Shown one piece after another: positions 53,791 to 64,000 of a stretch of 64,000 nt of DNA. Every line of letters starts with the position of its first letter. Within the stretch, counting starts at the first letter, position 1. The stretch is from Octopus sinensis. Lineage: Eukaryota. A program made the translations under genes and the position numbers. The notes beneath the pieces were generated by a model, which was not told where the DNA came from, ran no database searches, and worked only from the letters and a program-made list of their open reading frames with translations. The stretch lies in the NCBI RefSeq assembly GCF_006345805.1, contig NC_042997.1, positions 15,810,001 through 15,874,000 on the forward strand, written 5' to 3'.

Positions 53791-54779
53791 AGTAGGAAAG
53801 AATAATATCATGTTTTGTAACAGTGACACATATGTAAGAAGTGAAGCGGTGTGTATGGTGTGTATGATCGCCTTGACTATCTTTCCTTTTTCACTTGTTT
53901 CAGTCATTAGACTGCGGCCATGCTAGGGCACCACCTTGAATTTTAGTCGAACAAATCGACCTTCGTACTTATTATTTTTTTTAACCTTTGGACTTATTCT
54001 ATCGGTTATTTTTGCCGAACCGCTAAATTGCGGTGACATAAACTCCGGTTGTCAAGCAGTGTGGAGGGGGGGGGGGAGGAACAAACACAGATGCAAAGAT
54101 ACCCGCGCACACACAATGGGCTTTTTTTTCAGTTTCCCTCTACCAAATTCATTTACAAAGCTTTGGTCGGCCCGAGGCTAAAGTTGAAGACACTTTCCCA
54201 AGGTGTCACGCAGTAAGACTGAACCCGGAATTATGTGGTTGGGGAGTAAACTTTTTACCACATAGTCATGCACCTACAGCCTCAACTTTTGAATGAAGTA
54301 GCAGTGGCATTTGTTGCCAAGTTTTTAGAATATATACAAAACCAAAAATAATTGGTTGAGAAAATGATCGCTGGGATTTGACAGCCTCTGTTGGGTATTT
54401 GCTTTGTAAGCAATTAGTGTATACTTTATGTTTGTTTTAGTATTGTGTTGTGCTTTGAATATTACTTTCAGTATTAATCGTATATTTTTGTGAGGAATTC
54501 TTTATAGTATACATGTGTTGCTTATCAATGTTTTTCTATGTTGTGTGATGTAGCACATTACAGTTACTCCTTGTAAGCGAGTAACTATAATCACAATGTA
54601 GTCAGTGAAAGAGCGTTGTATTTATTTAGCCAGTGTAACAGTTATAGTTGTGAAGTTTACCACTTTCCTAATGCAAATATAATATCCAAATCCCATTCAC
54701 AGCTATGTTGCTTGTACTCGGGTTTACATACTTGCATTCATTTTTACACATTTTCATTGAATTTGATATATAGCTTCTT

Positions 54780-55165
54780 TCTTTTTCTTTTTTTTTTTTC
54801 TTTTACTTGTTTCAGTCATTTGACTGCGGCCATGCTGGAGCACCGCCTTTAGTCGAGCAACTCGACCCCGGGACTTATTCTTTGTAAGCCCAGTACTTAT
54901 TCTATCGGTCTCTTTTGCCGAACCGCTAAGTGACGGGGACATAAACACACCAGCATCGGTTGTCAAGCAATGCTAGGGGGACAAACACAGACACACACAC
55001 ACACACACACACCACACATATATATATATATATATATATATACGTCGGGCTTCTTTCAGTTTTCGTCTACCAAATCAACTCACAAGGCTTTGGTCGGCCC
55101 GAGGCTATAGAAGAAGACACTTGCCCAAGGTGCCACGCAGTGGGACTGAACCCGGAACCATGTTG
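54780..55165 (-). mobile_element. SINE C, 5'-truncated
   Basis: Body matches the other C copies; similarity ends at ccggaaccatgt. Confidence 0.88.
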
Positions 55166-55837
55166 TTTTTAATTAAAACCTTTGTTCTACTATGCACCAA
55201 ATTTTTTCTTAGTAACAACCTGTAGTCTATACACACATATATATTATTAATTTGACTCAATCTTACATCACAAAATGTTATTTTATATAAGTTTTACGGT
55301 TAATTCTTTTAAATTAAAATATTAATTAAAACATAAATTCTGTAATTCTTCTTTATATTAATATTCTGAAATTTTATAATTTTTGTTTTCCTTCAAAATT
55401 TAATACCTAGATTAAACTTCACTTTCTTTCACAAATTAACTTCGAGAAGGACGTTCTGTGCACATTTTTTGTATATAAATAATTTCCAATATGCACCACC
55501 CGCTGTTTAATATTAATTAATTTTACTTAACATTTTCGCTACTAAAACACTTTTATTTTGTCCATTTACAAATACGTTTACAGTAGAACTTTATACTATA
55601 TGTTATTTTCTCCAGGATTCTAGTTTTTTTTTCTTTCTTTTAATAAAATTAATAACTGCAACCGTTAATATGATGAGTACTTATTCTGATTTTAGTTTAT
55701 TCATATTGTATATATGTATGTATGTATTTCATTATTCAGTTTTATGTCAAGATTTCTCGCCAATAAGGAAAGAGCCGGTTTCTAACCTACGTCTAAGGCT
55801 CCTTCATTGGAATTTCAACATCAACAACAGGGTATTT

Positions 55838-55944
55838 TTGTATGTATGTATGTATGTATGTATGTATGTATGTATGTATGTATGTATGTATGTATGTGTG
55901 TGTGTGTGTATGTACGTATGTATGTATGTATGTATGTATGTATG

Positions 55945-55975
<31 letters not shown>

Positions 55976-56093
55976 GTATGTAGTATGTATGTATGTATGT
56001 ATGTATGTATGTATGTGTGTATGTACGTATGTATGTATGTATGTATGTATGTATGTGTGTGTGTATGTACGTATGTATGTATGTATATGTACG

Positions 56094-56124
<31 letters not shown>

Positions 56125-56145
56125 TGTGTGTGTGTGTGTGTGTCA
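55838..56145 (+). repeat. (TATG)n/(TG)n microsatellite
   Basis: Source of the MYVC ORF artefacts. Confidence 0.97.
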
Positions 56146-57499
56146 CTGTATAACATATTTGATTTCAAACAATATCAAGCAACACATGTTTAAATGACCG
56201 TCTATTTAGCGTATAAATTTTGTTCTAAAATATATTTGTATTTATATTGTCTGGTGGACAATATTCATAAATATACGCACTACCAAGAAGGAGAAAAAAA
56301 GAAAACAAGAAAAATGTAAGCTTAGGTTTTATAAAGCCTAATTTTCGCCTTCGTGGCGAAGAAGTTAGGGTGTAATGTTCACGATCATATGGCCTTGAGC
56401 TCGATTCCTGGACAGAGTGGTGAGTTGTCTTTGAGCATGGCACTTATTACCCATTGCTTCAGTCTTCTCAACTGAAAATAAGTTTTAAGTGGTTGCTATT
56501 GTAGCCCTCTCTTTCTCTCACTAGTTGTCCCATCCCCGATGTCCCGCGGAGTCAAGGGTGCGAGGGGTGAGAGTGCGTCCATGTCTGTTCACAGCTACAT
56601 AGACATCTAAAACAATTAGCGAAAGCTTGGTACAAGCTGTCTGCACATCATGCCCGGCTGCGAATGACGACTTAGCATTTTTAACTAAAATTTAAACTCT
56701 CTGCATGAAAATCGCTAAGATGTGATGCTAAAACTTTTCAAAGCTATTTTCCCAATTACTCTTTTTAGCAGTTTTTCTTAATACTATCTATATCAATCTT
56801 AATCCTTCATTTTGAAATTTAGAATCCGTTTCATAATTTCAGAAACCTTTAAAAGTCTTTATAAAACCTACGGTTTTATTCGTATTTAATTTCCTCATGC
56901 ACTGGCTTATTTAGAAGTAAGTGAAGTGAAGCAACCTAAAACGAAGTGCTTTACTGAAGAACACAACGCTTCGACATGTCCTGGAATTGAAACCATGGTC
57001 TTGCGATCATGAGTATTACACCCTAACCACTCGGCCGATCGCGGTGGCACATTGCATGGGACACAAGTAATTGTGCCCACTCTTTAAAGTAATCAATATT
57101 CGTAATTCATTGGTACTTACTAAATAACCAACCTTAACAATCAACAGAACGTCGATCCACAGAGTGAAATATATATTCTCCGTGGCTGGTGCACTGGCAC
57201 GAGTTCATTAATTGCAATTCTTTAACACACTGTCAAATTTAGATCTTATCAAAGCATCTTCCCACTCTCCGTGGTATTTTCAATCTCAAGGCATTTCCCT
57301 GTTCAGACTTGTCCACTCTGTTAAAACCATTTCCATCTCCCTATAGGAATCAGAATCTATGTTAACGCGGGATGGGGATGCGGTTCGGTAGAGGTTAAGA
57401 AGCATGGAATGAGGTCAAGCAACAATGCAATGAATGACTTCACTATCTCACACTTTCTCTTTGTCTCCTTTCATTCTCATTGAGTGTGTGTGAGAGTGT

Positions 57500-57546
<47 letters not shown>

Positions 57547-57762
57547 GTGTGTGTGTGTGTATGTATATTATATATATATATATATATATGCTTACATACA
57601 TACATTACATACACACACATGTATATATATATACTTGTAAATGTATATATACATACCATACATGCTTGTATGTATGTATGTCTCTCACAAGCGGTGGTAA
57701 CATCTTGCGTTTCATTTTTTCTTTCTTTTCTCACCGCAAGTCAAGACTTGTGAAACACACAC

Positions 57763-57819
<57 letters not shown>

Positions 57820-58059
57820 CAAACAATATAAAAGCGAAAAATCCTAAGAATTATATCCAACACATCCAGAGCTTTCACATCTCAGATAGGGAGATTAATA
57901 TAAAAAAAAGAAGCAAAACGATGCCAAAATCTCGTGGGTACCCTCTAAAAAATGCCAATAGAGTACATACCATACGTTAGATCCATCAAGGAGTACACCA
58001 TATCCGTTTGGAGCCCTAATCACTCTACAGTAAGCCACAGTATGCTACAAAGTATACAA

Positions 58060-58700
58060 AATATGGCACTTTGTGTCATTGGTCCCAGAGCTCAATTGCC
58101 ACTTATTTTATCGACCCGGAGAGAATAAAAGGCAAAGTCTACCTCGCTGGAGTTTGAACTCAGAACATAAAGACAGACGAAAATCGCTAAAAATTTTGCC
58201 CGCCGTGCTAACGAGTCTGCCAGCTCGCTGCCCTAAAAATCTAAAATATCCTTTTCTGCTATACAAGGCCTGAAATTTTGGGGGAAGGGGAAGTCGATTA
58301 TATCGACTCCAGTACTTGATTGGTACTTATTTTATCGACCCCGGGAGAATAAAAGGTAAAGTCGGCTTCTGTGGAATTTGAACTCAGAAAGTAAAGACGA
58401 ATAAAATGTTGTTAAGCATTCTGCTAACGATTCTGCCAATTCACAACCTTAAAAGTCTAAAAATCTTATTTCTTTATTGCCCACAAGGGGCTAAACATAG
58501 AGAGGACAAACAAGGACAGACAAACGGATTAAATCGATTATATCGACCCCAGTGCGTAACTGGTACTTATTTAATCGACCCCGAAAGGATGAAAGGCAAA
58601 GTCGACCTCGGCGGAATTTGAACTCAGAACGTAGCGGCAGGCGAAATACCGCTAAGCATTTCGCCCGGCATGCTAACGATTCTGCCAATTCGCAACCCTA
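58060..58700 (-). mobile_element. Three consecutive same-orientation family A SINEs
   Basis: Each ends, in plus reading, near ctgcc...c(a)cct.aaaa..ctaaaat, suggesting ancient tandem duplication. Confidence 0.8.
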
Positions 58701-58973
58701 AAAGTTTAAAAATCTAAAATGTGGCAAACTGTGTAATGATATATTAAAAACTTAAGCATAGAAAAAAAATAGAACATAGCCATTACCCGCCACTAAGTAT
58801 GATCTGGTAGCAGGTACCATGCTTTCGTTAATTGTTTTAGGTGCTTGTGTAGTCGCGGGGAGATACAAACACCCTTTCGATCTTACTATTATGACCCAGT
58901 GGAACACTGATGGTGTGACAGCTGGAAGAAGAGAGTGCTGTATCAGCATTCATCAAGTACATATTTTTAGCTG

Positions 58974-59364
58974 AGTGGAGGCGCAATGGCCCAGTGGTTA
59001 GGGCAGCGGACTCGCGGTCATAGGATCGCGGTTTCGATTCCCAGACCGGGCGTTGTGAGTGTTTATTGAGCGAAAACACCTAAAAGCTCCACGACGCTCC
59101 GGCAGGGGATGGTGGTGATCCCTGCTGTACTCTTTCACCACAACTTTCTCTCACTCTTACTTCCTGTTTCTGTTGTACCTGTATTTCAAGGGGCCGGCCT
59201 TGTCACTCTCTGTGTCACGCTGAATATCCCCGAGAACTACGTTAGGGGTGCACGTGTCTGTGGAGTGCTCAGCCACTTACACGTTAATTTCACGAGCAGG
59301 CTGTTCCGTTGATTCGGATCAACCGGAACCCTCATCGTCGTAACCGACGGAGTGCTTCCTCCCG
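58974..59364 (+). mobile_element. SINE D, TSD TTTTAGCTGA
   Basis: TSD at 58965-58974 and 59365-59374. Confidence 0.92.
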
Positions 59365-60234
59365 TTTTAGCTGACTTAGAAGATGTAAAAGTGAAGAACC
59401 TTGCTTAAAGATACAACGCCAACACGTGATCCGGTCCAGGAATTGAAACTTTGACTCTATTATCGTAAGCCCAACACCTTAAACGTTAGGCTTTCACGCT
59501 TAAGTTTACAATTACTGCGTATTCTTATTCATCATTTATTGAAGATATCATCTGAATGTTTGTCACAGTAAAAAAATTACTAAAGTATCATTACTTGTTT
59601 TCAACTTTGATTTTACTGTCTTTATATCTCTTTGCATAGATGTAGACGCACACATACAAACGCACATACGCACACACATACGTACATACATACGCACACA
59701 CACACACACAAACACACGTGCGTACGTATGAAAAAAATTGTTCTTTATGTTTAAATTGGTTTATCTGGAAGTTGTCGCAATGGAAAGTAGGGCATCGCGT
59801 ATTTCTAGAGAATTTTGCTGTGTCGTAAAGTACAAATGACCTAATGAATAGAAGATAGATATTGGTTAATTTCTAGAGTAAAGCAGGCTTTTCTGTTACT
59901 ACAGAATTGAATTAATAAAGGTGGCTTATACTGAGTGGTTGTTTGACTTGCTAGAAATAGATATAACTGTATTTAAAAACAAAACAAAACAAAGGACAAT
60001 ATTACTGTATTATCTTCAGTACATAATCAATTATGTAAGTAAATCAATGAGATGGACATGGTTGGAATATCTCTAGTCATAGGTCTGTTCGATATCGATT
60101 GAATTGTAACTAAACAAATGTATCTAATCAAAACTACAAGAAGAATATTTTTTCAGAAAGTAGCACTTATAATTAAATGGTTCATTGATCGTCCTCGTTA
60201 TTTCGCGAGCATTCATCAAAGCACTAATTATAAT

Positions 60235-60424
60235 AACCCTTTTCACTATAGGCACACAAGACCTGGAATTTATGCGGAGGGGGCTTGTCGATTACATCGA
60301 CCCCAGTAGTCAACTGGTACTTATTTTATCGATTAGAAAGGATGAAAGGCGAAGTTGCCCTCGACAAAATATGAACTTAGCATTTTGCCCGGCGTGCTAA
60401 CAATTCTGTAGCTCTCCACCTTAC

Positions 60425-60488
<64 letters not shown>

Positions 60489-60840
60489 CAACAATAATAA
60501 TAATGTAAAGGCACGTGGCTTAGTGGTTAGGGCTTTCGGCTCATGATCGTAAGGTGGTGAGTTCAATTCCCGGCGACGCGTTGTATCCTTGAGCAAGACA
60601 CTTTATTTCATGTTGCTCCAGTCCACTCAGCTGGCAAAAAATGTGTAGTACCTGTATTTCAAAGGGCCAACCTTGTCACACTCTGTGTCACGCTGAATAT
60701 CCCCGAGAACTACGTTAAGGGTACACGCGTCTGTGGACTGCTCATCCACTTGTACGTTAACTTCACGAGCAAGCTGTTCCGTTGATCGTATCAGCTGGGA
60801 CCCTCGTCGTCGTAACCGACGGAGTGCTCCTAATAGTAAC

Positions 60841-60896
<56 letters not shown>

Positions 60897-61114
60897 TGGT
60901 TTCGAATTTTGCCGCAAGGGCAACCATTTTGGGGGATGGAATAAGTCGATTACATTGAACCCAGTGGTTCACTGGTACTTACTCTATTGATCCCGAAAGG
61001 ATGAAAGGAAAAGTCGGCCTCGGTGGAATTTAAACACAGAACGTAGCGACGGGCGAAATACCGCTAAGCATTTTGTCCGGCGCTGTCACGATTCTACCAG
61101 CTAGCCGTCTGAAC

Positions 61115-61169
<55 letters not shown>

Positions 61170-61190
61170 CATAATAATAATAATGTTTAC
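60235..61190. mobile_element. SINE A(-), SINE E(+, 60506-60830) and SINE A(-), separated by (AAT)n arrays
   Basis: Family motifs as above, embedded in long AAT runs. Confidence 0.85.
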
Positions 61191-61846
61191 TTTATTAGGT
61201 ACTAGCGGTTCACAAAAATGTCGAAAACGGTACATAACTATACAAAGTGAGTTTACATAAAAGCGTATAAACTGTAACGTAGAAGGAAAAAAAAAAATTC
61301 AAACTCAATTTCACCCTAAGAGAAAACCCGCCAAAGGCTGCATGTTGAAACGCGTCACATAACTATAGTCATCTTAATTACTCTCCTTATACTTCTCCCC
61401 CAATCTACAGGGTGCCTCAAAAAATGGTGCCATAACATTTATGTCGGAAATGCCGACCTCGATGATAGCTACCATAGCCATAGCTAGTATTCTAAGGTTA
61501 GTAACCAGGTATCCCTGCTTTCAGAGTGAATCTAGGTCAGGTGCGTTTGTGTAACCTACTCTTGAAACCGCCGAGTTTATAGGAAAGAAGAGAAGAAAAT
61601 ACAGCCAGCCACTGCAGGGGATCGGGTGTATCAAAATCCCTTCTTTGTGTGAGGTTCCTTGGGAAAAATCTTAAACTAGCTTGCTGGAGACTGTGACGCT
61701 AGGATTCCCAACGTCATGTGTGAAACTTTTCTCATTTCCGTGTATCCATCTATTGGCAGCCTTGTGAATTCCAGGCCCTCCAGGACTTTCACAGTACTTT
61801 TATTGAACCCCCCCCCTATGTCTCTATGTCTCAAGTTTATGCTTTA

Positions 61847-62361
61847 CTAGCAGCATAGCCCGGCATTGCCCGGGTATGTAAGAACCCCTGGAGCAGACAT
61901 GATGCTCGCTGTGAATTTTAAAAAAATTCCTGCCAATTTGTGAAAGATATTGTCGAAAATATGTCATCTTCAATTTGAACGCGATTTCCCAAAATGGCAT
62001 GATTTTATCGATTTTTTCTGATGGTAAGGTACTGCATGGAAAACTAACGTCAGAATTAAGTTTCTTAGGGTAACATTAAGCTTCACCATGAGTTTGGTGA
62101 AAATCGATTGCAAGTTGCGAAAACTACAACGGAAAATGTGTTGCAAATAAAAAGCTTAGATTCTCGACCCCATGTCGAATTTATCAATGTTTTTCAGAAC
62201 TGGGGGAACTTTGCAAACTTTTCGCTGCGTTAGTTTTGAATTATGACATTGGGCTATGTGTGTGTCAAGTTTCATCAGAATCGGTTGAAAGCTGTGGTCA
62301 GGGTGAGGGTACAACCTGACAGACACACAGACAGACAAACTGCCGTTTATATAGAGAGAGA
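61847..62361 (-). mobile_element. Non-autonomous Helitron, different family, minus strand
   Basis: On the minus strand: A|TCTCTCTATATAAAC, GTCT tract, CCGATTCTGATGAAACTTG, 3' hairpin CCCGGGCAATGCCGGG, and CTAG|T end. Confidence 0.85.
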
Positions 62362-62687
62362 TAACTACCAGATCTTTATTTTTTTTCTTCTTAGTAGGAC
62401 AAAGCTGAAGGTGAGTGCGATTTATTATTGATGTTATTGTGGTTGGAGTTGCGAATTTATTTCACGTTGTTTTTATTCTGGTTATTGTTGGATTTCTGGG
62501 TTTGCTGATTTCTTCTCTTGCGTGTTCGTTGTCGCTTCGTTTATGTGTTCTCTCTTTGTGGTTGTTTGAGGAGATATTGGAATTGATGGTGTATTTTTTT
62601 GCCGTTGTGGATTTAGCATTGTTTGGCGTCCATGTGTTACTCGTGCTGTATTGTTTTTTGTTCTTTTTTTTTATTTAGTTTTTCTTT

Positions 62688-63090
62688 CTTTGCTCTTTGC
62701 TCTTTTACTTGTTTCAGTCATTTGACTGCGGCCATGCTGGAGCACCGCCTTTAGTCGAGCAAATCGACCCCAGGACTTATTCTTTTGTAAGCCCAATACT
62801 TATTCAATCGGTCTCTTTTGCCGAATCGCTAAGTGACGGGGACGTAAACACACCAGCATTGGTTGTCAAGCAATGCTAGGGGGACAAACACAGACACGCA
62901 AACACACACATACATATATATACATATATACGACAGGCTTCTTTCAGTTTCCGTCTACCAAATCCACTCACAAGGCATTGGTCGGCCCGGGGCTATAGCA
63001 GAAGACACTTGCCCAAAATGCCACGCAGTGGGACTGAACCCGGAACCATGTAGTTGGTTAGCAAGCTACTTACCACACAGCCACTCCTGT
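62688..63090 (-). mobile_element. SINE C, nearly full length
   Basis: Matches 38895-39326. Confidence 0.9.
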
Positions 63091-64000
63091 TTGCTTTTCT
63101 GTGGTTCATCCTCCTCACCACCAGAAGTATGGTCGGAAAACTCCACCTCGGACGGGAGCGAGAACACATTTCTTGAGCGTACATATCTGCATTTGTACTT
63201 GTAATAGGGAACGAACAGGGGCAGATGGCGACAGAGTGCTGGGTTGGGATATCTCCTGGGTAGTGATTATTTTGTTGTACTCATTATTTTCTGCCTTCTC
63301 AGTTACCTCTACTGATGAATTTGATGTTGATGTTGTTGATGCTGCTGTTGCTCACTTTTCTGCTGCGGTCGTCAGTGTCATCGGTTTTTGCTGTTAATGT
63401 TAGCACGGATATTGTTACTGTTACCCTTCTTTTGACCCTTGCTATTACTGTTGCATCTGCTTCTGATATGGCACACTGTTGCTCTTGCAACAATGGGGCC
63501 TTCTTTCCCGCTTCCTGTTTCAGTTAGGTGGGTAGAAAGCTCGGAGATGGTCAACGAGACATATAGGCTCCCGGCCCTTCACAGTTACTCCTAGACCCAC
63601 CCCCCATTCAGCGGGGTAATGAAATCTAGGATGCTTTTCAAATGCCCGAGCTTTGCCTAGAAAGGACCTCCAATGTGGTCCCAAACAATTATACTGTTTC
63701 CTTCACTTTACATCCAGTAAAGTTTCACTCCCTCCAACACTAAGCATGCCAATATCCACCAGAGATTTATCTCTGGTGGATATTGGCATTCTAGACTCGC
63801 CAGAAGTTGTTGATGATCTAATTGTGTCCAAAATTATTATCATGAAAAAATGTAAAATTATGTGGAAAAAAAGTTATTATATTAAAAAGTAGTACATACA
63901 TGAATTGCTAACAAAAAAGTTAACAACCTTATTACCTATCGTCCTTTTCCTTAAATAAGTGAGGGTGAGGGCGAAGTTATCACTGGGTGGTTGACCACTG

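Noticed and set aside
61406-61440. TA|CAGGGTG Tc1/mariner-like terminus
   Set aside because: No matching opposite TIR was found in the window.

Overview
AT-rich eukaryotic DNA, saturated with microsatellites and short retroposons. The repeat landscape is typical of a coleoid cephalopod, probably Octopus (inferred from repeat types, not from a database match). There is one convincing protein-coding gene: an intronless 770-aa immediate-early-response (IER2/IER5/IER5L family) homolog at 5818-8130 (+). It keeps all the short IER family motifs but is swollen by polyQ/H/T/N/S tracts. Upstream is a compact promoter cluster (perfect CRE, half-CRE, perfect MEF2/TATA-like site, three CCAAT boxes, FoxO site), downstream is a long AU-rich putative 3'UTR, and the locus sits in an island of about 11 kb without recognisable SINEs. 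The remaining ~47 kb contains several tRNA-headed SINE families built from shuffled head/body/tail modules, many with clean target-site duplications (one is 77 bp). It also holds tandem SINE arrays with a ~190-bp period, four non-autonomous Helitron-like elements, a hAT-like MITE, a foldback element, 3' ends of R4/Dong-type RLE LINEs embedded in (AAT)n, probable Penelope remnants and a 26-bp palindrome-containing minisatellite. Nearly all other ORFs in the track are microsatellite or SINE artefacts. No multi-gene system and no CRISPR array is present. SINE family letters are my own labels.
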